A stretch of 64,000 nt of DNA, taken from the NCBI GenBank assembly GCA_049523355.1, contig JBEKMY010000005.1, positions 28,148 through 92,147 of the forward strand, read 5' to 3'. Positions 1 to 9,851 of the stretch are shown one piece after another. The DNA is from Smithella sp. (GTDB lineage: Bacteria > Desulfobacterota > Syntrophia > Syntrophales > Smithellaceae). Within the stretch, counting starts at the first letter, position 1, and each line of letters begins with the position of its first letter. The notes beneath the pieces are model-generated. The model made no database searches, had not been told where the DNA came from, and saw only the letters and a program-made list of their open reading frames with translations. The position numbers and the translations under genes were made by a program.

Positions 1-3000
1 CAAATATTTACGGGAATGTCAGATACTCTGGAAATTTTCGCAGATTTGGCGGGAAAATCAGCTCCGGTTCAATTAATCCAACTCAGGAATGATCTTGCAG
101 CGGCTATTTTCTCCAAACCGTCCACCCTCATGGAAATTAAATTACATCTCGAACGATTGTCAACGATGGCAACGGATATGGATGCCCAGGTCAATGTTCT
201 TGACAGCGATCCCGGTGGTTCATTAAGTTTCTGGTCAAAAGCTTTCGCCAATCAATGCATGGCGGCCCTTGATGAATTGCGGTTTTTCGCATCCTGGATA
301 TTTGACCAGCGATTTTCCGGAATCATTCATAAAATATCAAAACTCAACGAAATGATGACTTTGAAGAATTTAACCCGTCTTGAAAAAGAATTGTTATCAG
401 CCATCGAAGAGCAGACGGGGGATGATCTGACTGCCAATGAACTTGCGCAGTTGGATGATCTTAAAAAAATAATATCAGACACAAGCCAGTGCGCCGCGAA
501 TATGATAACGGACATAGAATCACTGGCAAAGAAATGCGGCGATTTCACCCGGATAGACTACGATTTTCTATTTGATAAAGCGTCCAATCTGCTCACTATC
601 GGATACAACGTCAGTAATTGGCGGAGCGACACCAGTTTTTATGATTTGCTGGCAGCGGAAGCGAGATTCGGTAATTTCGTGGGAATCGCTCAGGGGAAAC
701 TGCCGCAGGAGAGCTGGTTCGCTCTGGGAAGACTGCTTACAACCGCCGGAGGGAAGCCTGTTCTTGTATCGTGGAGCGGTTCAATGTTCGAATATCTGAT
801 GCCTCTTCTGGTAATGCCGACATACGAAAATTCTCTGCTCGACCAGACTTATAAGGCGGCTGTGGCCATGCATATCGAATACGGGAAAAAGCACTCGGTT
901 CCATGGGGCATATCGGAATCAGGCTACAACGCCTTTGACAGCCATCTCAATTATCAGTATCGCGCCTTCGGTGTGCCCGGACTGGGCATTAAACGAGGAT
1001 TAGCAGAGGATATGGTCATCGCTCCCTATGCCTCTACTCTGGCGTTGATGGTGGAACCGGAAGAAGCGTGCCTGAATCTGGAAAGACTTGCGCAAGCGGG
1101 CTTTGAAGGCAGATTCGGTTTCTATGAAGCGATTGATTACACGCCATCGCGTCTGACGCGAGGCCAATCAAATGCCGTGGTTCATTCCTTCATGGCGCAT
1201 CATCAGGGCATGATCCTGCTGGCGCTGGCCTATTTGCTGCTGGATAAACCGATGCAAAAACTATTCGAATCGGAACCATTATTCCAGTCGGCGATGTTGC
1301 TGCTCCAGGAGAAGGTTCCCCAGGCTATCTCTTATTACGCTTCACCTCCCGAACTTGCCGTCTCACGCAAGGAACCTGCCGGGATGGAAAGTCCGGTGCG
1401 CGTTTTCAACACACCCGACACGACCATTCCGGAAGTACAACTGCTTTCGAACGGCAGATATCATATTATGCTGACTAATGCCGGCGGCGGTTACAGCCGC
1501 TGGAAAGATATCGCCTTAACCCGTTTTCGGGAAGACAGCACCTGCGATAACTCCGGAATTTTTTGTTATCTCCGCGATGTGAAGAGCGGCGAAGTCTGGT
1601 CGACAACGTATCAGCCCACTCTCAGGCTACCTCTGCGTTACGAAGCTATTTTCTCGGATGGCCGGGTGGAATTTCGTCGCCGGGACAATGATTTCGACGT
1701 ACATACGGAAATCGTTGTCTCGCCGGAAGATGATATCGAACTTCGCCGGACTACGATAACAAATCACTCGCGTTCGCGAAGAACCATTGACATCACAAGT
1801 TACGCGGAGGTCGTCATCGCCAACCCTGCCGCCGACAAAATTCATCCGGCGTTTTCCAATCTTTTTGTTCAGACCGAAATCATCGAACAGCGCCGGGCTA
1901 TCGTCTGCACCCGCAGGCCGCGTTCCGAAGACGAAAAGACTTACTGGATGTTTCACTTGATGGCCGTGCATGGGACGAACATCGAACAGGTTTCCTATGA
2001 AACCGACCGGACGCGTTTTATCGGCAGAGGAAATACTGTTAATGATCCGCAGGCCATGGGTTCTCCTACCGATCTTTTTGGAACTCTCTCCGACAGCCAG
2101 GGTTCGGTGCTTGATCCGATTGTCTCCATCATGTCCAGAATAACGCTTGACCCGGAACAATCGGCTACAGTTGATATGGTTTTTGGAATTAATGAAACCA
2201 GAGATGCCGCCTTAATCATGGTTGATAAATATCAGGACAGGCGTATGGCGGATCGTGTTTTTGATATGGCATGGACGCAGAGTCAGGTTCTGTTGAGGCA
2301 AATCAATACCACGGAGGCCGACGCGCAGCTTTACTGCCACATTGCCAGTTCGCTGATTTATCCAAATGACTCCATGCGCGCCAATGCCAGTATTATAACC
2401 GAGAATCGCCGTGGACAATCAGGTCTCTGGGGTTACGCCATTTCCGGCGATTTACCGATTGTACTGTTGAAGATTGCCGAGCAGTCTCATATCGACCTGG
2501 TGCGTCAGCTTATTCATGCCCACACATACTGGCGATTAAAAGGATTAGCCGTGGATCTCGTAATCTGGAATGAAGATTATGCGGGATATAGGCAGATTCT
2601 GCATGATCAAATTATGGGACTCATTGCCTCAGGCATCGTCGTGGTAGACTTGAAAGATCAGCCCGGTGGAATTTTTGTCAGGTCCTCGGACCAGATATCG
2701 GAAGAAGACCGCATCCTGATTCAAACTGTGGCTCACGTTATTATCTCCGGCAGCAGCGGGAAACTTGCAAACCAGGCCAAACAGCGCGTCGGCTTAAAAA
2801 TAGCTGTTCCCCGCCTGATACCCAGCCGCACCCACCGCCCGGCGCTTACGCCAACAGCCGCTGTACCGCGTCATGACCTGTTGTTCTTTAATGGTCTTGG
2901 CGGATTCACCCCCGATGGGCGTGAGTATATCATTTCCACTTCACAGACTCAGATAACGCCGGCCCCGTGGGTTAATGTGCTGGCAAACCGCATGTTCGGC

Positions 3001-5271
3001 ACGGTAATTTCAGAAAGCGGTATGGCTTACACCTGGGCGGAAAATGCCCATGAGTTCCGTCTTACGCCATGGCACAATGATCCGGTAAGCGATAAGAGTG
3101 GAGAAGCCTTTTACATCCGTGACGATGAGCGCGGCCACTTCTGGTCGCCTATGCCGCTGCCCAGACGAGGGGCTACCCCTTACGTCACCCGGCACGGTTT
3201 TGGCTACAGTGTTTTCGAGCATACGGAACGCGGCATCTATTCAGAAGTTCTGGTTTACGTGGCTCCGGACTCGGCCGTTAAATTCACCGTCTTGAAAATA
3301 AAAAATAATACTGGACAATCGCGCCGTCTTTCCATCACTGGATACACTGAATGGGTTCTGGGTGACATCAGAACGAAAACCGCCATGCATATCATTACAG
3401 ACATTGATCAACAAAGCGGCGCTATCTTAGCGCGTAACCCCTACAACATGGAATTTCCCAACCGGGTTGCTTTCTTTAACACCGATGCGTTAACGCGAAC
3501 TTTCAGCGGCAATCGCACGGAATTTCTGGGTCGTAATGGCACGCTTCAGGATCCGGCAGTCATGAAACGTTTACACCTCTCCGGCAAAGTCGGAGCCGGG
3601 TTGGATCCCTGCGCCGCAATCCAGGTTCCTTTCGATCTGGTTGATGGAGAGGAAAAAGAAATCGTCTTCATTCTGGGATTGGGACAAAATCCAAGTGAAG
3701 CCAGAAAACTCGCGCAACTCTTCAGCGATTCCACAGCAGCCGAAAACGCCATCAACGCGGTGCGGCAATACTGGGATCATATCCTTGATACCGTACAGAT
3801 AAAAACACCTGATCCGTCTCTTAATGTGCTGGCAAATGGCTGGCTTTTATACCAGACACTGGCTTGCCGGATCTGGGCACGAACCGGATATTATCAATCG
3901 GGCGGCGCTATCGGCTTCCGCGATCAGTTGCAGGATGTAATGGCGCTTATGCATGCCGAGCCGAACTTTGCGCGTGAACAACTGCTTCTCTGCGCGTCGC
4001 GCCAATTTGAGGCAGGAGATGTTCAGCATTGGTGGCATCCTCCTCTTGGCCGTGGTGTGCGCACACAATGTTCCGACGATTATCTCTGGCTGCCCCTCAC
4101 CGCCTGCTACTATATATCAGGAACCGGTGATGGCAGCATATTGGATGAATCCATTTCCTTCATTAATGACCGTCCGGTAAACATAGAAGAGGATTCATAT
4201 TACGATTTGCCCGCCCGGTCTTCCGAAACGGCCAGTTTGTATGATCATTGCGTAAGAGCTATCAGGAGAGGTCTCCGTTTTGGCGAGCACGGACTTCCGC
4301 TAATGGGCTCAGGAGACTGGAACGACAGCATGAACATGGTCGGTATAAAAGGAAAGGGTGAGAGTGTCTGGCTCGGATTCTTCCTTTATGAGGTCCTTAC
4401 GCAATTTGCAAAAATCGCCGATCTTCGCGGAGATACATCTTTTGGCGAACTTTGCCGAAGGGAAGCGTCACAATTACGTCTGAATATCGAGCAGCACGGA
4501 TGGGACGGTTTGTGGTACCTGCGCGCTTACTTCGATAACGGTAACGTTCTAGGATCGGTTAAAAACCAGGAATGCCGTATTGATTCGATCGTCCAGAGTT
4601 GGGCCGTTTTATCCGGAGCGGGAAATGGCCGTCATTCGCGTCTGGCCATGGAAGCGCTGAGTCAACATCTCATTCGCAGAGATATTGGAATCGTCCAGCT
4701 TCTGGACCCGCCATTCGACAAGTCCGGTTTAAATCCAGGTTATATCAAGGGATATGTCCCCGGAGTAAGAGAGAACGGCGGACAATATACCCACGGAGCC
4801 ATTTGGGCGGCTATGGCGTTTGCGGCGCTGCGGGATAATCGGCGCGCATGGGAAATTATGACGATGATCAACCCGATAAACCATACGAGTTCTCCTGAGG
4901 CGATAGCAACCTATAAAGTTGAGCCGTATGTTGTCGCGGCCGATATATACGCGCTTGTGCCGCATGCCGGCCGCGGTGGATGGACATGGTACACCGGCTC
5001 TGCGGGCTGGATGTACCGGTTGATCGTGGAATCTCTTCTGGGACTAAAGCGAGAGGGGAATAAACTGAGATTCATGCCGTGTCTGCCTGCGGACTGGAAT
5101 GGATTCGGACTCCATTACCGGTATGGAAAAACAATCTATCACATTGCCGTTTCACGCGCAGACGAAAGAAAAATCGCAATGATAGTAACCATTGACGGAG
5201 AAGAACAAATAGAAAAAACGATTCCTCTTGTTGATGACGGGAAGGAACATAAGGTCGAAGTGTTAATCTGA
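1..5271 (+). CDS. Cyclic beta-1,2-glucan synthase-like protein, C-terminal ~1750 aa with GH94 (cellobiose/glucan phosphorylase-type) domain; the 5' end lies outside the window
   Basis: The frame is open from nt 1, with no stop before the first ATG at 16. ORF 16..5271 carries the motifs SGGAIGFRDQLQD and GDVQHWWHPPLGRGVRTQCSDDYLWLP, typical of NdvB/ChvB-type GH94 C-terminal halves. Confidence 0.8.
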   Translation, partial: QIFTGMSDTLEIFADLAGKSAPVQLIQLRNDLAAAIFSKPSTLMEIKLHLERLSTMATDMDAQVNVLDSDPGGSLSFWSKAFANQCMAALDELRFFASWIFDQRFSGIIHKISKLNEMMTLKNLTRLEKELLSAIEEQTGDDLTANELAQLDDLKKIISDTSQCAANMITDIESLAKKCGDFTRIDYDFLFDKASNLLTIGYNVSNWRSDTSFYDLLAAEARFGNFVGIAQGKLPQESWFALGRLLTTAGGKPVLVSWSGSMFEYLMPLLVMPTYENSLLDQTYKAAVAMHIEYGKKHSVPWGISESGYNAFDSHLNYQYRAFGVPGLGIKRGLAEDMVIAPYASTLALMVEPEEACLNLERLAQAGFEGRFGFYEAIDYTPSRLTRGQSNAVVHSFMAHHQGMILLALAYLLLDKPMQKLFESEPLFQSAMLLLQEKVPQAISYYASPPELAVSRKEPAGMESPVRVFNTPDTTIPEVQLLSNGRYHIMLTNAGGGYSRWKDIALTRFREDSTCDNSGIFCYLRDVKSGEVWSTTYQPTLRLPLRYEAIFSDGRVEFRRRDNDFDVHTEIVVSPEDDIELRRTTITNHSRSRRTIDITSYAEVVIANPAADKIHPAFSNLFVQTEIIEQRRAIVCTRRPRSEDEKTYWMFHLMAVHGTNIEQVSYETDRTRFIGRGNTVNDPQAMGSPTDLFGTLSDSQGSVLDPIVSIMSRITLDPEQSATVDMVFGINETRDAALIMVDKYQDRRMADRVFDMAWTQSQVLLRQINTTEADAQLYCHIASSLIYPNDSMRANASIITENRRGQSGLWGYAISGDLPIVLLKIAEQSHIDLVRQLIHAHTYWRLKGLAVDLVIWNEDYAGYRQILHDQIMGLIASGIVVVDLKDQPGGIFVRSSDQISEEDRILIQTVAHVIISGSSGKLANQAKQRVGLKIAVPRLIPSRTHRPALTPTAAVPRHDLLFFNGLGGFTPDGREYIISTSQTQITPAPWVNVLANRMFGTVISESGMAYTWAENAHEFRLTPWHNDPVSDKSGEAFYIRDDERGHFWSPMPLPRRGATPYVTRHGFGYSVFEHTERGIYSEVLVYVAPDSAVKFTVLKIKNNTGQSRRLSITGYTEWVLGDIRTKTAMHIITDIDQQSGAILARNPYNMEFPNRVAFFNTDALTRTFSGNRTEFLGRNGTLQDPAVMKRLHLSGKVGAGLDPCAAIQVPFDLVDGEEKEIVFILGLGQNPSEARKLAQLFSDSTAAENAINAVRQYWDHILDTVQIKTPDPSLNVLANGWLLYQTLACRIWARTGYYQSGGAIGFRDQLQDVMALMHAEPNFAREQLLLCASRQFEAGDVQHWWHPPLGRGVRTQCSDDYLWLPLTACYYISGTGDGSILDESISFINDRPVNIEEDSYYDLPARSSETASLYDHCVRAIRRGLRFGEHGLPLMGSGDWNDSMNMVGIKGKGESVWLGFFLYEVLTQFAKIADLRGDTSFGELCRREASQLRLNIEQHGWDGLWYLRAYFDNGNVLGSVKNQECRIDSIVQSWAVLSGAGNGRHSRLAMEALSQHLIRRDIGIVQLLDPPFDKSGLNPGYIKGYVPGVRENGGQYTHGAIWAAMAFAALRDNRRAWEIMTMINPINHTSSPEAIATYKVEPYVVAADIYALVPHAGRGGWTWYTGSAGWMYRLIVESLLGLKREGNKLRFMPCLPADWNGFGLHYRYGKTIYHIAVSRADERKIAMIVTIDGEEQIEKTIPLVDDGKEHKVEVLI

Positions 5272-5781
5272 TCTTTGGGGCTGTTGACTGGGTGCGCATT
5301 CCCGCAAGGGAGTTGCAATAATGAATAATAATATTCCTTGCCGGTAAAAGCCGAAAGGCTTTTACAAAACGCTCATCTGCTGTGTTGCGCTGCAAACCAT
5401 ACCGCTCAACGTATATCCATATACGCCTCGCAGTTCGGTTTTTGGGCGCCTTGCATATGAACATTTTTGAACAGCCCACGCTGTCAATGATAAATCTTGG
5501 GTGTCATTCCCCAGCGAGACTCGAAAATCCGGAAATTATTAGATCGTAGGGTGGATGAAATCCCGATATAATCGGGACGCATCCACAGAATGTTTGAATA
5601 AAGGTGGAACCGCTATACTTGTTCCACCTTACAGTACTTTCTTCGGCTAACTTTGCCGGCGATGGCTTTCGCTCTATATGGTTGAGTCTTTTAGACTCGG
5701 TCATGCAGTAAGTTCTGAAAATTTGTAAGGACTAATATCAAGTCGGATTCAAAGGATAAAGAGGCGGCTTGGTATCTTATG

Positions 5782-7088
5782 CTAGCCTTCCTGCGTCTCC
5801 ACACGGGACAGATTCTGGAAACTCGTATATTTATCCACGAAAGCAAGTTTAACAGTGTCGGTGGGACCGTTTCTTTGTTTCGCGATAATAATTTCCGCGA
5901 TGCCTTTTTCCGTATTTTCTTCCGATTTGTTATACACTTCGTCACGATAAATAAAAGCAATTGCGGGCGTCGGTTAGTACGGGTTTCCACTTGGCGGTTG
6001 AGCTGTGAGAGGGCGACAACCGGCACATTGAGTTCTTTAGCCAGAGCCTTCAGGGAACGGCTTATTTCCGATATTTCCTGTTCGCGTGAATCGCGATTAT
6101 TTCCTGAACGCATCAGTTGAATGTAGTCTACAACAATCAATCCGAGTCCCGAATCGGCTTTAAGTCTGCGTGACTTGGCCTTCATTTCCAAAACGGTAAT
6201 AGCGGCAGTATCATCAATGAAAAGAGGCGCGTCGGACAGACGGCCGGCAGCAGTCGTCAGTTTCGGCCAATCGGTTTCGCCCAGAAAACCTTTTCTTAAA
6301 CGCTGCGAGTCCACCTTGGCTTCAGAGGCCAGCAGTCTAAAAGCAAGCTGTTCCTTTGACATTTCCAGAGAAAAAACAGCGACAGGGATCTGACCCTCCA
6401 TTGCCGCATGCAGGCCGATGTTCAGGGCAAAAGCCGTCTTACCCATGCTGGGACGGCCGGCAATAATGATCAGTTCGGATTTCTGCAGGCCGGAAGTTAA
6501 ATCATCAATTTTTTCAAAACCCGTCGGCACTCCGGTAATCAGTTCTTTGCGGGCATAGAGATCTTCAATTGACCTGAAACTGTCTTTGACAATTTCCCTT
6601 ATCGGGGAAAAGGCCGGACGCACTTTATTCTCGGAAATTTCAAAAATGCTGTGCTCGGCTTTATCCAGGATATCATCAACATCGGAACCCGTTTCATAGC
6701 AACTGCCTATAATTTCGGTTGCCGAAGTGATTAGCCCGCGGAGAATCGCTTTTTCCTTTACAATCTTGGCATAGTTAGCGACGTTGGCGGCAGAGGGAAC
6801 ATTATCCACCAAAGAAGAAATATATAACTGTCCGCCGACCGAATCCAGCATATTTTTGCCTTTGAGGGCATTGCTTAAAGTAATAAGATCGACCGGCTCG
6901 TTTCTTTCGGAGAGTTCGATGATGATGCTAAAAAGTTTCCGGTGAGCTTCACTGTAAAAATCACCGGGAGATAGAATTTCGAGCACGCTGTTAATAGCGT
7001 TATTTTCCAACAGGATACTGCCCAGTATCGACTGTTCAGCTTCGATATTCTGCGGTGGAAGCTTATGTATTGACAGGTCCATGCTCAT
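5782..7088 (-). pseudogene. dnaB: Replicative DNA helicase DnaB with a disrupted frame near nt 5956: a conserved motif block is missing and the C-terminus lies in another frame
   Basis: ORF 5691..7088 has the DnaB N-domain, Walker A GRPSMGKT, Walker B LIVVDYIQLM and [19 protein letters not shown], followed by a nonsense Lys/Arg-rich tail. Hand translation of a shifted frame from 5955 down to stop 5782-5784 gives the canonical end [57 protein letters not shown]. The ~17-aa block SDLRESGxIEQDADxxM expected between the two parts is absent. Confidence 0.7.
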
Positions 7089-7090
7089 TA

Positions 7091-7540
7091 TTATTCGCCG
7101 ACAACCTTTAAATTGATTTCCGTTTCCACATCATGTGTCAACTTGATTTTAATTTTAAATTCGCCTAACGATTTTATATGTTCGCCATGTTCATGCACAA
7201 TCATTTTTCTATTAATGTCATAGCCTTTTTCTTTAAGCGCCGTTTCTATGTCCTTGACCGACACGGAACCGAAAAGCTTATCCTGATCGCCGACTTTACG
7301 GGCCATTGTTATAGTGACTTTAGACAAAACATCTGCCAGTTCCCGAGCGGACTTGTGCTCTTTTTCCGCCTTGCGCAGAATATTTCTTTTTTCATGTTCA
7401 AAGACTTTTATGTTTTTCTCGTCAGCTTCGGCAGCCAATCCTTTCGGAATCAAAAAATTGCGGGCGTACCCGTCATTAGCTTTAACTAAATCTCCGGCCT
7501 TACCCAAAGAAGGCACGTTCTGCTTCAGAATTACTTTCAT
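7091..7540 (-). CDS. rplI: 50S ribosomal protein L9
   Basis: N-terminus MKVILKQNVPSLGKAGDLVKANDGYARNFLIPKGLA is the classic L9 signature. It lies 3 nt upstream of dnaB, as in many bacteria. Confidence 0.95.
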   Translation of the reverse strand: MKVILKQNVPSLGKAGDLVKANDGYARNFLIPKGLAAEADEKNIKVFEHEKRNILRKAEKEHKSARELADVLSKVTITMARKVGDQDKLFGSVSVKDIETALKEKGYDINRKMIVHEHGEHIKSLGEFKIKIKLTHDVETEINLKVVGE

Positions 7541-7576
7541 GAAAATCCTCCGTTTGTAAAAAAAGTGATGAAAAAA

Positions 7577-8560
7577 TTAATCTGTTGTCTGATCTTTTTG
7601 AAAAAACTTCCTGAAATCAATCCAAATATCAAATAACCCGACTGTTGCTAAAGGTATCATAAGAATTTGTTGGACTGCAATTAAAAAATAGAAAAGATAT
7701 CGAAAAAAAAGGGGCACGTTTTTACTCTGAAAAAAGAAGCTAACAATAGCAAGGCCTTGCAGTAAATATATAAAACACATAACCAGAAATACATTATTAC
7801 TGAAGAAATTTATGTCATTATGTGGTACGAAGAAGAGTGCGCCCGAGGCGATAAAAATCCAGATCATTAAATCAGGTGCCTTCCAACGGGCAAGCGCTGT
7901 AAACTTCGGAAAGATGATTCCGGCTTTACCCAAATAATTTTTCCCCAGAAGAAAATTTATCCAAATGATCATTGATGCCGATATGATAACGATTGACGGA
8001 AATATTTGAGTAATGCCGCTTATCATGTTCTTTTCATTATCTTTTATAAAGTTAATATCTTCCGCTTTTAAAGGAAACTGGCTGTAGAGTTTCACATTTT
8101 CTGCAATTGTCGCGGCGATATACTTTTTTACAAGCATCCATGGATTGGCAGAAAGAACGAACCCATCGTAAATGAAATAGAAACAAATCACGGCAACAAT
8201 AAAAATGACCGGATAAACAATTGTTTTTTCAACGGAAACATTTCGAATAGCACATTGTGCCATAAATAGTCCGGCTACGCCCATTGTAAAAACGGCGATA
8301 ACGGGCGCATTGGGACCCAAAAACATCGCCGGAAATAAAAGCAGTGAAAAAGAGATTAAGAATGCCGCGGCGGTTTTATTTATACCATTAACAATGCCGT
8401 TAAAAAATAAAAGCATGGGCAGAACAAGAAGAAAAAGCGACCCGATTACGGGAATAAAAAACGCTGCGAAAATAAAACAAGAAATAATCAGCAGGAGTTT
8501 TGAAAAAGGATTATTGGGAAATGGTATGCTGAATTTTTTCAAAGACGATAACCTGCTCAA
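7577..8560 (-). CDS. Polytopic membrane protein, DUF2232/YybS-like
   Basis: 327 aa with about 8-9 hydrophobic segments. Its position between rpsR and rplI matches the yybS position in Firmicutes-type clusters. The start codon is TTG in the ORF track, so the start is uncertain. Confidence 0.6.
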   Translation of the reverse strand: MSRLSSLKKFSIPFPNNPFSKLLLIISCFIFAAFFIPVIGSLFLLVLPMLLFFNGIVNGINKTAAAFLISFSLLLFPAMFLGPNAPVIAVFTMGVAGLFMAQCAIRNVSVEKTIVYPVIFIVAVICFYFIYDGFVLSANPWMLVKKYIAATIAENVKLYSQFPLKAEDINFIKDNEKNMISGITQIFPSIVIISASMIIWINFLLGKNYLGKAGIIFPKFTALARWKAPDLMIWIFIASGALFFVPHNDINFFSNNVFLVMCFIYLLQGLAIVSFFFQSKNVPLFFRYLFYFLIAVQQILMIPLATVGLFDIWIDFRKFFQKDQTTD

Positions 8561-8768
8561 AGCCTGATACCTTTATACAACCACATTTGACTGATAGCAA
8601 TCCAATAAAAAATGGTAACGCCATATCAATAGACGTTACCTTATCGATCATTTACTTAAAGACTAATTTTGAACCAATGCAAATTGTATAAAACAACCAT
8701 CCGGAGAAATGATAAAATTAACCGGCTTTTTATTCCTGGAAAGAAACGGACAAGCCGGTTTATTTACT

Positions 8769-9038
8769 TTATTTCCCGTCAGCGGTAATAAAAGGCATAA
8801 TCGCGATCATCCGGGCGCGTTTTATTGCTACGGCCAATTCCCTCTGGTGAGAAGCGCAATTGCCTGTTATCCTGCGCGGCATAATCTTTCCGCGTTCGGT
8901 CACAAAATTATTGAGAATCGCACTGTTTTTATAATCAATTTTTATATTGGAATCCGTGCAAAAACGGCAAAATTTCTTTCTATGAAAAAACTTTTTCTGG
9001 GGATACCGATTTGGCCTTTCTCCGTTTTGTGCTTCCAT
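8769..9038 (-). CDS. rpsR: 30S ribosomal protein S18
   Basis: The S18 signature is CRFCTD..IDYKN...[33 protein letters not shown]. Confidence 0.95.
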   Translation of the reverse strand: MEAQNGERPNRYPQKKFFHRKKFCRFCTDSNIKIDYKNSAILNNFVTERGKIMPRRITGNCASHQRELAVAIKRARMIAIMPFITADGK

Positions 9039-9041
9039 TGT

Positions 9042-9521
9042 TTATTCCCCTTTCGTTGAGATTTCTTCTTTGTTATAAATTTTCTTAGGTGCGGAAGAGG
9101 AAGGCTTTGCTTCGCCGGATCCTGCCGGGCTAATAGTCTTTCCTTCAGAGCCGGCGGATTCAATTTCAACACGCGCCTGGGTGCGTTTTGCCTCCGCCTC
9201 CGCAGCTTCCTTTTCAATACCTTCCCGAGTGGACGCTCCCTCCTTTTTCACTGTCATGAATTTAAGGATGCGGTCGTCAATTTTATAAGTTCTTTCAATT
9301 TCCGCGACGATAGCGCCATCACCTGCAAAATCTATAAGAAAATAATACCCGTCTTTTTGCTTTTTGATTTCATAGGCAAGATGTCTTTTACCCCATCTTT
9401 CTATTTTGGCAATAACACCTTTGCGGTCGGTAATGATTGTCTGGCTGCGGTCTATTAACGCGGTAATGTCGTCATCATTCAAATTAGCGATGACGATAGC
9501 TACAACTTCGTATCTTTGCAA
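9042..9521 (-). CDS. rpsF: 30S ribosomal protein S6 with an acidic/Ala-Lys-rich C-terminal extension
   Basis: MQRYEVVAIV...ERWGKRHLAYEIKK..GYYFL is S6-like. The start is TTG, preceded by AAGGAG. The gene lies directly upstream of rpsR. Confidence 0.9.
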   Translation of the reverse strand: MQRYEVVAIVIANLNDDDITALIDRSQTIITDRKGVIAKIERWGKRHLAYEIKKQKDGYYFLIDFAGDGAIVAEIERTYKIDDRILKFMTVKKEGASTREGIEKEAAEAEAKRTQARVEIESAGSEGKTISPAGSGEAKPSSSAPKKIYNKEEISTKGE

Positions 9522-9851
9522 AATGTTCTCCTTTCGGCTCTAAAGCCCATGATGTTCACAGGCAAGGAGTCTTAAATTAGTAGTGGTGGCTTCTATCTCA
9601 AACTCAAACAGAAATCAAGGACTTTTATTATGGACGGAATAATATTAAAGTCTGGCAAAACTATGCCCCGGAATAAAACAAATAAATGGTAATAACTCAT
9701 TTGAATTAAACGGTTTTTTCCAAAATAGGCGTTAAATTAGCAACAGATGCCTTTTCATTTTGCAAGAAATCCAACGAAGACACGCCTGTAAGGCGCAACG
9801 AAGAAAAACAAACATGCGACAGGATCGGCGCCATGCAAAAGACAGGCGGCA

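Noticed and set aside
1627-4965. Multiple 60-177-aa ORFs on both strands inside the glucan-synthase-like gene
   Set aside because: They are fully nested in a 5.2-kb ORF with strong family motifs, and none has a motif or RBS of its own.
5779-6120. A 113-aa plus-strand ORF opposite the dnaB 3' region
   Set aside because: It is antisense to recognisable DnaB coding sequence in two frames and has no independent support.
8942-9217. A 91-aa minus-strand ORF overlapping the rpsF 3' end and rpsR 5' end (also 8709..9059 on the plus strand)
   Set aside because: It overlaps two highly conserved ribosomal protein genes out of frame. Its Lys/Arg-rich translation is a by-product of the acidic/Ala-rich S6 tail sequence.
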